DNA of 64,000 nucleotides from an uncultured archaeon (GTDB lineage: Archaea; Asgardarchaeota; Thorarchaeia; Thorarchaeales; Thorarchaeaceae), in the NCBI GenBank assembly GCA_964473825.1, contig CAYYQL010000004.1, positions 64,001 through 128,000 on the forward strand, written 5' to 3'. Each line of letters starts with the position of its first letter. Within the stretch, counting starts at the first letter, position 1. Under the pieces are notes generated by a model. It saw only the letters and a list, made by a program, of their open reading frames with translations, did no database searches and was not told the origin of the DNA. A program made the translations under genes and the position numbers. Below, in pieces: positions 1 to 9,579 of the stretch.

Positions 1-440
1 GTGCCGTGAAACCATATGTTGAATGCACGGGTCGGGAGAAGGCTCTAGGGTTGCAGATAATCAGCACCCACGTTGTAGACAAAGTAGAGGAGGGTGGCAC
101 GCTTACTGACATGGGAACCGCACTGCTCAAGACACGAGAAATCCTCGATGCATTTGGAGATGAGTCTAAACCCGCCATGTTGATTATGCTCACTGATGGA
201 ATGACGACAGCTGGGTCTCCTCCTCTGAAGGTGCTGAAGGAGCATTTTCCCAACAGAGATAGACTGGTGATTTACTGCATTGGTTTAGGCGAGAGAAGTG
301 AGATTGATGAGGAGCTGATGCTGGCCATGGCTCAATACGGTAACGGCACATATCGCCATGTTGACAACATGAGGGATCTTCTAGAGTGGTATGGAAGGCT
401 TGCTAGTGAGTTCGCAGTGGTGATACGAGGACGCGACTAA
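1..440 (+). CDS. von Willebrand factor A (vWA) domain protein, C-terminal part (probably truncated by window edge)
   Basis: GGTLTDMG, MLIMLTDG, IYCIGLG and MAQYGNGTYRHV match the second half of a vWA fold; the DxSxS MIDAS start is not in the window. Confidence 0.8.
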   Translation, partial: AVKPYVECTGREKALGLQIISTHVVDKVEEGGTLTDMGTALLKTREILDAFGDESKPAMLIMLTDGMTTAGSPPLKVLKEHFPNRDRLVIYCIGLGERSEIDEELMLAMAQYGNGTYRHVDNMRDLLEWYGRLASEFAVVIRGRD

Positions 441-441
441 G

Positions 442-1623
442 TCATTCATGACTCATGGCGTCAGCGAGCCCCCTGAGGCTTTCCTCATCCATTTCTCTTA
501 TCTGGTCCTCAGGGAGGCCTGCGAGTACATCTTCTGGTATGCTTCTGAGGAGTTTTGCCTTTTTCCTGCCGTATTTCTGAACCAGTTCGTCGCTTTCTTC
601 TTCCTTGCTTGACTTGACCAGTTCCTGAAGCTCGTCCCTAGTCAGCTTCGCTATTGCTGCATCCGTCATTGACTCTTTGACATCATCTGGTAGTTCAGAA
701 ATCAGCTTGTCTTTTTCATCTTGATCTTCTGCCTCTTCAGCAGAGCCCACCAAAGCTTCTAGTTCCTCGATGCTCAAATCATTCAGAGTTTCTTCCGGTA
801 CAGAATCGAGAACTTCCTTCGGTATCTTTGCAAGTAGTTGCTTTCGAGTGGGTCCTTTTCTAACACGCTTGACCCTCTTGACCTTGCGAACCTTTACTTT
901 CTTTTTCGCTGGCTTCTTTTTCGCCTTCTCATCTGATGGCTCTTGTAGAGAGTCTACCAGCTCTCTTGCAGTCTTGGCTGTGAGCCGTCGGATATCTTCT
1001 ATCGGCAGGGATTCTCTCACGTCACTCGGCAGTTCTGATAGAATCTCCTCTACTTCAGGGTCAAGTGAGGGGCCCTTTTTCCGAGATGGTGATTCAAGAT
1101 CATCCTTCTTCTCTTCTAGGATGATTGGAGTTTCCATATCCTCAATGAACTCCTCAACATCGACCTCGATGTCGAATTCCTCCTTTCTCCATCTCATGTA
1201 TTGATCTATGGCCTTGGGTCGAACCTTCAACGAGAGAAGATACGTACGAATCTCGTCTTCCAACATTTCGGGAAAGTCGGCCATGACCCTCTCGATGTCC
1301 TCTTCGGGAAGTCGCGCCCATATCGGGCCACTTACAAGCTTGGATAGCCCGGCGGCACAATGAGAACGCACCCAAGTGTTCTCGTCCTTGAGTCCTTTGA
1401 GAAGGTCGGGGATTGTCTTGGGCTGATGATACCATGCCAGCGTCTGAGCAGCTGCTATCCGTACGTCTACTTCGTCATCATCAAGTGATTTTGCTATCTC
1501 GTCCACTATGTTGGGGTCATTCATATCTGCCGCGGCCAGCAGTGCTCTCTCTCGTATTGTCTCTGATGGATCCGAGAATGCCTTGACAAGAGCATTTCTC
1601 ACTCTCTTGTCCTCCCGTGCCAT
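442..1623 (-). CDS. HEAT-repeat protein with basic linker and four C-terminal acidic LP-x-DV repeats
   Basis: HEAT/PBS-lyase repeats (DPSETIRERAL, DDEVDVRIAAAQTL, DENTWVRSHCAAGL); likely start MAREDK at 1623, ORF open to 1725. Confidence 0.8.
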   Translation of the reverse strand: MAREDKRVRNALVKAFSDPSETIRERALLAAADMNDPNIVDEIAKSLDDDEVDVRIAAAQTLAWYHQPKTIPDLLKGLKDENTWVRSHCAAGLSKLVSGPIWARLPEEDIERVMADFPEMLEDEIRTYLLSLKVRPKAIDQYMRWRKEEFDIEVDVEEFIEDMETPIILEEKKDDLESPSRKKGPSLDPEVEEILSELPSDVRESLPIEDIRRLTAKTARELVDSLQEPSDEKAKKKPAKKKVKVRKVKRVKRVRKGPTRKQLLAKIPKEVLDSVPEETLNDLSIEELEALVGSAEEAEDQDEKDKLISELPDDVKESMTDAAIAKLTRDELQELVKSSKEEESDELVQKYGRKKAKLLRSIPEDVLAGLPEDQIREMDEESLRGLADAMSHE

Positions 1624-1846
1624 TCTACCCACTTTTTCGGTTTCAAACTCCAACAGCAACCGACGTGTTTCCGACAATCGAGCTCTCTCCTGACGATACT
1701 CTGTCTTCCTATAGGTAATATACATAGTGGCTCTCTATAGTCTAACGTAATCAATTCTTGACAGATACTTAAATCACTTGGCTGAATGTATCTATATACA
1801 CCCGATATAATCCTGGTGTTACGCACCACACAAGATTTAGGAGGGA

Positions 1847-2710
1847 ATGAATCTCACAGAAATGATATCCATGAGTGATGAGCAAAAGGACAAGCTGTTT
1901 CGGGTCTTGCTTTTCGTGTTACTCATAACTGGCATCATTGAGATTCAACCACTTCTCAGGGCGTTTCTGTCGGGCGACTTGCTTTCCCTCTCAATGACTC
2001 TTGCTTTCTTTGGTGTTCTATTCCTGATGTATGGCCTTGTGGTCAAATTCTTGGAGATGGAAGGAAAGAACGACTTGTCAACCGTGGGCGTAGATATAGA
2101 CGGTGATGTTTCGCTTGAACTTCTGCTGGGGGGCATAGCGGGAGGTCTAGCTGCTGCATCTGTGTGGGGCATAGGATACGCATTTGGTGCGGATCTCAGA
2201 GACCTAGCACAGATATCAATGGGCCTGATTATCGGCCAGGTATTGATTGGCACCCTTGTCGCTTTCTTCGAAGAACTGGCCTACCGTGGATATATGATGA
2301 CACGGATGTCTGACCTCTGGGGCAGAGGAACAGGAATAGTATTGTCCTCCCTCATTTTCTCACTTCTCCACTTCAGCTGGTGGACTCCTCTTGGTCGTGT
2401 TCCCTTCTCTCTCATACTTCTGTTCACCTTCAATCTCTTCTTGGGTGGTGTAGTCCTTGGAACATCGTACTATCTCTCCGGTGAACGCCTATGGGTTCCG
2501 GTGGGTTTCCATTTCTTATGGAATGTGGTAGCATATGTTTCGTTCCCCACATTCCCTCTAGAACCAGTTTCTAAGCCTGAGTTGTTCCAGATTGAGTGGG
2601 GCATCACTACTATTGTGGGATTTCTGGTTGGCCTAGCGATAGTATACTCTCTACTGCGAGCATTCCACCGAGGGAAGAGTAAGGGACTGCTGCAAGTAGG
2701 TCCCGACTAG
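1847..2710 (+). CDS. CPBP (CAAX/Abi) family intramembrane metalloprotease
   Basis: EELAYRG, FSLLH and HFLWN motifs in a polytopic membrane protein. Confidence 0.9.
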   Translation: MNLTEMISMSDEQKDKLFRVLLFVLLITGIIEIQPLLRAFLSGDLLSLSMTLAFFGVLFLMYGLVVKFLEMEGKNDLSTVGVDIDGDVSLELLLGGIAGGLAAASVWGIGYAFGADLRDLAQISMGLIIGQVLIGTLVAFFEELAYRGYMMTRMSDLWGRGTGIVLSSLIFSLLHFSWWTPLGRVPFSLILLFTFNLFLGGVVLGTSYYLSGERLWVPVGFHFLWNVVAYVSFPTFPLEPVSKPELFQIEWGITTIVGFLVGLAIVYSLLRAFHRGKSKGLLQVGPD

Positions 2711-2712
2711 AT

Positions 2713-3507
2713 CTATTCGTTCTCCGGATCAATTCCGGAAGGCTTTGGCTCTTCGTCTTCAGGTGTCGAGCTTAGAAAGTCAGTATTTGTCTGTATCATT
2801 GCAGCCCTAACGACTACATACAGTGATGCAACTATGAGGGCAGCAATCAGCCTCTCGACAGGATAGAGAAAAAGAACCCCTAGGAATATACCTGTCATCG
2901 CTGTGACATCGGCACCGATGATATGAATGAAATACATTGCCGCCAACGAATTGCCTACAGCATTGTCAACCATAACAGCGACGAAGCTAAGAGGATAGAT
3001 CTTCAGACCTTTGGATAGACCGTTCGTATTGTTTCCTGTTTCCCACGGCATTCGAGACGTCAGATTCGGATGTAGTAGGAGTATGATGATGCTGAGGCTT
3101 ACAATGTGAGGTAGAAGAAACGGATAAGCGATGCCCCCGAGAGGCCCTACAAGAAAAGCAACAAGTGACGCGAGGTATACTGCTAAGACCGGGAGTACTC
3201 TACGGGTTCTAAGCCCTCCCGCAGCGAGGGCGCCTGCTCCAGTGGCCAACGGTGTAAATGGCCCAATCACCGCGATTGCGGGATCGAGCATGATAGCAAG
3301 ATATGACCCCATCAGAACTGATATCGGGCCATATATCGGGCCGAGAATGAAACCTATCAATGGGCCGCTGATAATTCCCAGAGATATAATCCCCGTAGTG
3401 CCAAGAACGATGCTGTAGGGGATTAGCGATATCACCAGATGGAGTGCGGCAAATACTCCAGTCAATGCCCAGTGGACTGAGGTCGATTTCTTCAAGGTTT
3501 TACCCAC
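2713..3507 (-). CDS. ECF transporter S-component-like membrane protein
   Basis: Hydrophobic; VFAALHLV...GFILGPIYG pattern typical of S components; C-terminal YPVER. Confidence 0.65.
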   Translation of the reverse strand: MGKTLKKSTSVHWALTGVFAALHLVISLIPYSIVLGTTGIISLGIISGPLIGFILGPIYGPISVLMGSYLAIMLDPAIAVIGPFTPLATGAGALAAGGLRTRRVLPVLAVYLASLVAFLVGPLGGIAYPFLLPHIVSLSIIILLLHPNLTSRMPWETGNNTNGLSKGLKIYPLSFVAVMVDNAVGNSLAAMYFIHIIGADVTAMTGIFLGVLFLYPVERLIAALIVASLYVVVRAAMIQTNTDFLSSTPEDEEPKPSGIDPENE

Positions 3508-3597
3508 ACCTCGAAAACGTAGGAATCCTGGTGATATGTTTGCCTCTTAGTTCTATCTGAACCTGTACTCTATCAGTCAGAGTGAACCTTAGATGGG

Positions 3598-4527
3598 TCA
3601 ATTACTCGATGATGCTAGTAACCAGAAGAACAATCCACCGAGTATCCATACAAAGAGCCCGGCTCCCAATACAACTCCCAGTGCTGCTCCCATCCCTGAA
3701 GAGCCAAAGTTGACATGCATATTCGTGAATCTCTTGAATCCGCCTACGTACTTGGTCTCATAGCCGCAGTGGAACTCCTTGTCTATGATGGCTCCACAGA
3801 TATCACATACGAATCTGTTCTGAGCTACGGCACCAATCAGGCTATCGAGATTGCATCCAATGAACGCAGTCAATATCGATAGGGGCAGGACAAAGAGCAT
3901 CTGGGCTGGATTAGAGATAGGCAGTACTCCCGGAGCGAACGTCGCATATATCAGTGCAATCAGGCCAATAGCAAATCCTGCAAAAATCGCAACAGCCTCT
4001 CCCAGGAGGGAAACCCCGCCAATCGTTCCTGCAGGAACCTTCCTTCGGAGATTGGTAATCAACCTAGGTTTGCTCTTGCTGAATACTCCAACTTCACTAG
4101 CAAGGGTGTCTGCAGAAGTTGTGGCTACAGCTCCGATGAATCCTCCAAACATCCAGAAGGGAATCGACGGATCCACCAATCCTTGGTCTGCGAATGCCTG
4201 ACTCACGTAGATTCCAATGGAGAAAAGCATGGGTATCAGTCCACTACCAAAGACGTTCTTCCAAGATCTCTTGCCTTTTCCTTCTTGAGCCAGATTCCTC
4301 TTGGCCTTTGCCTTGTATTTGAACTTCGTTGCCAGTCCTGCACTAACGAAGAAGAAGAGAAGAATCGTGAATGCGCCGACGCCACCAGTATACCAGACTG
4401 TAAAACCGACTACGAAAGCGCTGATGAGCCCAGAAATGTCAACAAACCCGAGTCTGTAGGTAAGGGCACCAATAATACCCATGACAATGAGCCCCGAAAC
4501 AGCTGGGTGGACCAGTATTTGCATCAT
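3598..4527 (-). CDS. DUF92/TMEM19 family membrane protein
   Basis: RSWKNVFGSG, ADTLASEVG, PRLIT...GTIGGVSLLG, DSLIGA, NMHVNF motifs. Confidence 0.9.
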   Translation of the reverse strand: MMQILVHPAVSGLIVMGIIGALTYRLGFVDISGLISAFVVGFTVWYTGGVGAFTILLFFFVSAGLATKFKYKAKAKRNLAQEGKGKRSWKNVFGSGLIPMLFSIGIYVSQAFADQGLVDPSIPFWMFGGFIGAVATTSADTLASEVGVFSKSKPRLITNLRRKVPAGTIGGVSLLGEAVAIFAGFAIGLIALIYATFAPGVLPISNPAQMLFVLPLSILTAFIGCNLDSLIGAVAQNRFVCDICGAIIDKEFHCGYETKYVGGFKRFTNMHVNFGSSGMGAALGVVLGAGLFVWILGGLFFWLLASSSN

Positions 4528-4886
4528 CAGTATTCACATCCTTTCGTAGTAGTCCGCGGATATAACAGAATCTCTCCTCATCTAACCACGAACTATTCTA
4601 TCAGCATATATCATCTGCTAGTAGTTGTGTTCTATTACAATCACGGCTCGTTGCATTCAATTTATACCTTTCCTATTGACATCAAAGGATGTCGAAGTGT
4701 TTTTCGCTGTTTGGCTATCGGTTTATAAGCAAGGGACGGTTCCTAGTAAGCTGTACAATACGGATACTAGGGTGTTTTGCATCAATACAACGTCCATGAA
4801 GCAACTAGAGGTCCTATCAGTTCTTCCCTGCATTTGGCTGGTCGCTTTAGAACTTTCACGAAGCTGTCAAAGGACCACGAAATCTC

Positions 4887-7800
4887 TTAGTAGACTGTGA
4901 ATTGCTTCTTTTCAACTTCGAAGGCTCTTGATGGAAGCTGTCTTCCATACTGTGACATAACAACATCGAGGTAGAAGTTCGTAATAACATCAACAGGCGG
5001 GGTCGTCCAATCAATCTCTGTATGGAGTATTCCGTCGTTTAATGTGTCAAAGGGGATATGAAACTCAGCAGAAAGATCTCGCCGAGTCATAATTCTCAAG
5101 GAAATGTGAAGCTTGTCAAGATCAAGACTTCTTGAGATGATTTCTACGGCTATCTTCACAGGTGTTACACGGGGAACTAACCCGGGTATCGGTCTACCCC
5201 TTTCATCCCTCACATCGAGTTTGACCATGAAGACTGGATTATCGATAGCCTTCACTTTGAACTGTTTCTTGTGTGATGACTTGGAGTCTGCATAGTTAAG
5301 ATCAACTATCAGATGGGCTGTACTCATCTCCGCCGATATTGGTACCCTGAATTCCACGGGCAACAGGCTGAATCTATCTGGTTCCAAGAGAACCTCACGG
5401 GTCATCAATGGCTCTATTCCCACAACGGTTTCCAGCTTCACACTAACTTCAGCCCGCTCTGGATTCTCTGTCTGATTAATCAGGTGAATCACAGACGATA
5501 CCTTCTGATCTGGTTTCACAAAACTTGGAATCCCACTGAACGAGACTAGTGTTCTGGCCAAGGTTCTCTCCTTAAGCATAACGAACGCGCTTCGTCGGTC
5601 CAGAAGCATACCACCATATAGTATCTCTGCGATTATTTCGACTTGATTGCTTTCCGAGGCATCAGGCTCCGGGATTTCAAGGGGGCCAAAGGCAAGTGAC
5701 AGGTTTCTGGCTTGATTGACTGGCTGTTCGATTGCTAGAATGGGTTCAGACTCACTATAATTGAACCACAGCTTCAGTGTAGCCGGCTCGCCTTCTTCCA
5801 CGTTTCTGCGGATTCTTAACCATCCGCTGATCTCCTCACCAACTCTGGCTTGTTCTGGAATGCGGAGTGAGTCAATATTCATCAATACTCCTTGGTCACT
5901 AACCATGAATCGTTCTGATTCGGTGACAGAGACTTCTCGTGAGTCCTCCCAGAGAGTTGCTCTAATGACTCCGCTTCTAGCCTGGGGTGAACCTTCAAGC
6001 GCGGGAACTCGCCAATGAATTACCGCCGGTCTTTCCAAGGCATTTGACATTGAAGATGATTCGATCCTATGATTCTGTCCGGAATCTGCCACGAAGCTCA
6101 CATCAAGCTTTGCATCATCGAGTTTCTTTGTCCCCTGTGTTGTCATACTGAGCTCAATAGGGACTGTGTCTCCGGGATGTACTACCGTGCCAATGGTGGT
6201 GCTGAGTGAAATATGAACTGGTCTTCCAGTGAAGCCTACATAGAACGGCTTTGAGATATTTGAAGATATTCGCGTTCCTTGTCTGTCATCGATGGTCATC
6301 CTAAGACGACACCTTTCCACACCCTCTAATGCATCTGCGGGTATTATCAGGGGTGAAAAGTCGCTGCTGTGTAACAGAAGGATACCACTTCCACCCAGGA
6401 CCATCCTCTTTTGTGTTTGAGTAAGACTCATCTCCTTGGCAGGGGCGATAACTTCAATCGTCGAATCAATCTCAATAGGCGCAGGATAGTTGGTTTCGAT
6501 TTCTCCCTCAAAAAAGACCGGAGCTTTTCCGTCTGCGAATTGCGTGGTTGTTGTAGGTCGTAGGCTTGCTTTAACCCAATATGTATTGAGAGTCGCTGAT
6601 ACTGGGATTTCTCTTCCTGCCACTCCGACGTTGGCTATGACATTGTACGCAGTAATTCCTGGCCTCGTCTTGAAGGATACATCGATGATGTGGACCTCCC
6701 CGCTTTCTATCCTCGTTATAGGGTGTATATTTTGTGCGACGAGGTTCCTGTCAGAGTCTTCGACAGAATAGTTCACCCCAATCCCCGCAATCTCATGTTC
6801 GGATGAGTTCATCACGGTGATCTTGAACTCCGCCTCTTGACCTGCAAACACTCTGTCTCTGCCTACGACTATCTCAGGTTCGATGCCTTTCCACCAACAA
6901 AGCCATGTCGGGAGCTTGGGCATCCCCTCTAGTGGATCATATAGCCAGTTTGTACAGCATTCTCTCGTTATCTCGGCCAGCTTCTTGAGGAGAACAACCA
7001 TGTTGTTGTCGGACTGGGCGAAGACATCAAGCTGGAAATCAGCACCTGTTGTCTTGTTGGCAGTTGTTTCACTTCCAAAGACAGTGACAAAGAGTGGTTG
7101 CATGAATGGGTTGTCTATTAGTCCAAGTTCTTCGATTTCATCTCTGATGAGATAGAGCATCGATACTACTGCATCACCAATGAAACGGTTTCTCTTTGAG
7201 GAGTGCAGACGGCCTGATTCATCAATCTGTCTGTTATATACATCGATGAACTCGTTCGAGTCCTCGGATTCGGAAGTGTGAAAGGGTCCCCACATGCCAG
7301 CAACCACCGCGTTCTCACGATTGGCTGAGAGGCAGTCAGGCCCCACATCAGGAATCTCTACACCTCTTTCCACCATCCTCTTGGCCTTCAGTGCTAAGGC
7401 CTGCAGTAGCAACGCTATACCCACTCGCCGAGGAATCGAGAGTTGGGTGTCGAAGACTCGGAGTTCAATGGTATTATAGTCAGTAAACGGATACATGTCA
7501 ACCATGCGGGCAAAAGACCGGTTTACGTGCTTTGCAAATGCATCTTTGTCCGGTGTTCTCAGGTAGGGTATGAATTCGAACTGACTAGTTGGACCCAGCT
7601 GTGTGGTGTTCTTCAGAAGCCGAATTGACCTCTTGCATTTAGGAGCTCTCGTGTTACCCTCATCATCTAACTCAACCACATCTGTGGGCATCTTATTCTC
7701 GAAAGGCGAGTTTACTGACAGGGCGATCAGATGCGGAATGAAATTCCTAATCATATTGTACACGCCTATCTTCACATCAGGTGAAACCTCTGGACCAAGG

Positions 7801-8315
7801 ATGTGATGATGTTCTCCGAATGAGAGATTCTTCAGGTACTCTTGAGTGGGATTGAGGCCCGTGGAGACCATTATTGCCTGAGTGTCAGGTGGAATCGAAT
7901 CATAAGAGACCGCTATGAGCGTCTGTATCCACCAGGCGAGTTCTTCGATAGTTGTACAAGGCGGTGTGGCTATCTCTAGTATCCACGTGATTGAAGTGAC
8001 ATTGGGGTCATGGCCTATGAGGGTATAGTCCTTTACGATTCCGTTTGGTGCTTCATAGCTGGCAACAATTCTTGACCCCCTTTCGCCCTCTTCTGTCTGA
8101 GTTGACTGTTTGTACTTTCTCTTAACCGAAGCAATCTGAGCTGACTGAATTCGTTTGTCCAGGGTTCCTTTTGCACGGGACACCACTCTGTCGAAAACAC
8201 TAAGGATTTCTTCTCCCTGAATCCAGCTCCCATCGCGTTTTATGACCTGTAGCTCGACCTCAATTCCGTGGGGAAATGGAAGTTCCGTTTCTTCTTTCAT
8301 CATGGATGATTCCAT
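4887..8315 (-). CDS. Glutamate-cysteine ligase family 2 (GCS2)-type carboxylate-amine ligase fused to about 660 aa of beta-rich Ig-like domains
   Basis: GIEVELQV, LEIATP, GEHHHI, LIALSVNSPF, TIELRVFD in the N-terminal half; beta-strand-rich C-terminal half. Confidence 0.8.
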   Translation of the reverse strand: MESSMMKEETELPFPHGIEVELQVIKRDGSWIQGEEILSVFDRVVSRAKGTLDKRIQSAQIASVKRKYKQSTQTEEGERGSRIVASYEAPNGIVKDYTLIGHDPNVTSITWILEIATPPCTTIEELAWWIQTLIAVSYDSIPPDTQAIMVSTGLNPTQEYLKNLSFGEHHHILGPEVSPDVKIGVYNMIRNFIPHLIALSVNSPFENKMPTDVVELDDEGNTRAPKCKRSIRLLKNTTQLGPTSQFEFIPYLRTPDKDAFAKHVNRSFARMVDMYPFTDYNTIELRVFDTQLSIPRRVGIALLLQALALKAKRMVERGVEIPDVGPDCLSANRENAVVAGMWGPFHTSESEDSNEFIDVYNRQIDESGRLHSSKRNRFIGDAVVSMLYLIRDEIEELGLIDNPFMQPLFVTVFGSETTANKTTGADFQLDVFAQSDNNMVVLLKKLAEITRECCTNWLYDPLEGMPKLPTWLCWWKGIEPEIVVGRDRVFAGQEAEFKITVMNSSEHEIAGIGVNYSVEDSDRNLVAQNIHPITRIESGEVHIIDVSFKTRPGITAYNVIANVGVAGREIPVSATLNTYWVKASLRPTTTTQFADGKAPVFFEGEIETNYPAPIEIDSTIEVIAPAKEMSLTQTQKRMVLGGSGILLLHSSDFSPLIIPADALEGVERCRLRMTIDDRQGTRISSNISKPFYVGFTGRPVHISLSTTIGTVVHPGDTVPIELSMTTQGTKKLDDAKLDVSFVADSGQNHRIESSSMSNALERPAVIHWRVPALEGSPQARSGVIRATLWEDSREVSVTESERFMVSDQGVLMNIDSLRIPEQARVGEEISGWLRIRRNVEEGEPATLKLWFNYSESEPILAIEQPVNQARNLSLAFGPLEIPEPDASESNQVEIIAEILYGGMLLDRRSAFVMLKERTLARTLVSFSGIPSFVKPDQKVSSVIHLINQTENPERAEVSVKLETVVGIEPLMTREVLLEPDRFSLLPVEFRVPISAEMSTAHLIVDLNYADSKSSHKKQFKVKAIDNPVFMVKLDVRDERGRPIPGLVPRVTPVKIAVEIISRSLDLDKLHISLRIMTRRDLSAEFHIPFDTLNDGILHTEIDWTTPPVDVITNFYLDVVMSQYGRQLPSRAFEVEKKQFTVY

Positions 8316-9025
8316 CTGCCCACCCCGAGTTTGAACATCGCTGAAATCATTCCAGTCAGAATCTCTTCTTTGTATGTATATCGCAGGGGCAATGTAGCCT
8401 CCAAGACCATCTCTAAATTGGACATGTTCATTACCGAGATTAGGTCATGGGTGAGTCTACCTCCTCCATAGAGCCCCGCGTCCTTGTAGACTGTGACTCC
8501 GATTTCCTCTAGCTTTGAAGTTATGTCTTTCATCAAGTCGTCCGTGATGTGAATGTACCGCTCGCCAACAACTATGGATTCCGCATTCCCCATTGCATCA
8601 ATGCTGTGCGACCATGTAAGAACAGCAATCCTGCATTTCCTCGCTTCTCCTAGGATTGACTTTGCAGTGTAGGGAATTCTTGTGATGCTGTTTGATAATC
8701 CATCTCTCTGATTGACAAGGATGAGTGATGGAAATCCCGTGGACTTTTGCCGAATTCGTGTCAGGGCATCCCAAAGCGGGTCTGGTTGGGCTCTTGCAAG
8801 AACACAGATGAGCGAGTCTGATTTGCCTGCCTGGAAAGATCCCTCGTCATCGAGTCTCTTGGCTTGAGCATGGCTTTCTAGTTTGCGGACCAGTGTGCGA
8901 ATATGTGCGACTCTCTGGGTAAGACCTTGTGTGATGCTTAAGACCTCTGAAATTTTCTCACTGATGTTCCTGGGCTTCGGGGAGTTCATTGCAATCCTAC
9001 CAGTAGAAACTGTCACATCCATCAC
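8300..9025 (-). CDS. Hypothetical protein, possibly a divergent N-formylglutamate amidohydrolase-like fold
   Basis: WSHS, SIVVGE, GVTVYKDAGLYGGGRLT, VLEATL resemble the FGase C-terminal pattern; overlaps the ligase start by 16 nt. Confidence 0.5.
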   Translation of the reverse strand: MMDVTVSTGRIAMNSPKPRNISEKISEVLSITQGLTQRVAHIRTLVRKLESHAQAKRLDDEGSFQAGKSDSLICVLARAQPDPLWDALTRIRQKSTGFPSLILVNQRDGLSNSITRIPYTAKSILGEARKCRIAVLTWSHSIDAMGNAESIVVGERYIHITDDLMKDITSKLEEIGVTVYKDAGLYGGGRLTHDLISVMNMSNLEMVLEATLPLRYTYKEEILTGMISAMFKLGVGRWNHP

Positions 9026-9080
9026 TAGTCATGATTATAGTGATATTATACTTGCTGCGCCATCTTCTGGGTGACAGTTC

Positions 9081-9509
9081 CTAGTCTCTTGCTACTTGTT
9101 GGTAGACTTCTTTGCATTTTCCGCTTGTTTCTCTTAGCCGATACCAGACGGACTCGCGGCCCTCTCTTCGAGAGATTCTCTTGATTAGTATCTCGTATTC
9201 GAAGTTGACTAGATCGCGAAGTAGGTTCATCGCCTCTTCGTTCTGGAAGTGACTCTCATTTACTCTTCCATCTCTGACACGAATAGCTAATGGCTTGAGT
9301 GATTTTTCTGCGGAGTCGAGCTCTATCAAGGCCCTGCGATATCTATCGGCTGGATCCTCCATTCCATACCCACCTACAAGTGGTGTCATTCCAGTACCGA
9401 TCGAGCCGCGTCCTATCTCATCAAGGGCGTCCATTGCATTCTGAAAATGGTCGTAGGCATCTGAGAGGCATATCCTGATTGCCTTCAAGATTACTTGACG
9501 TTCGCTCAT
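9081..9509 (-). CDS. Hypothetical alpha-helical protein
   Basis: 142-aa ATG-initiated ORF with amphipathic helical pattern, co-oriented with its neighbours. Confidence 0.7.
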   Translation of the reverse strand: MSERQVILKAIRICLSDAYDHFQNAMDALDEIGRGSIGTGMTPLVGGYGMEDPADRYRRALIELDSAEKSLKPLAIRVRDGRVNESHFQNEEAMNLLRDLVNFEYEILIKRISRREGRESVWYRLRETSGKCKEVYQQVARD

Positions 9510-9522
9510 TTTGTTGCACCAC

Positions 9523-9563
9523 GGAAGAAGAAGAATAGAGGTGACAGCGTGGCCTCTGTCACC
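9523..9563 (-). terminator. Hairpin plus pyrimidine tract downstream of oppF
   Basis: ggtgacag/ctgtcacc stem (9540-9563) followed on the minus strand by tctattcttcttcttcc. Confidence 0.45.
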
Positions 9564-9579
9564 ATCTTATTTCTCTATA

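Noticed and set aside
4887-8315. True Pup ligase PafA/Dop
   Set aside because: Motifs fit GCS2/YbdK better, and no Pup-like GGE/GGQ peptide or proteasome genes are adjacent
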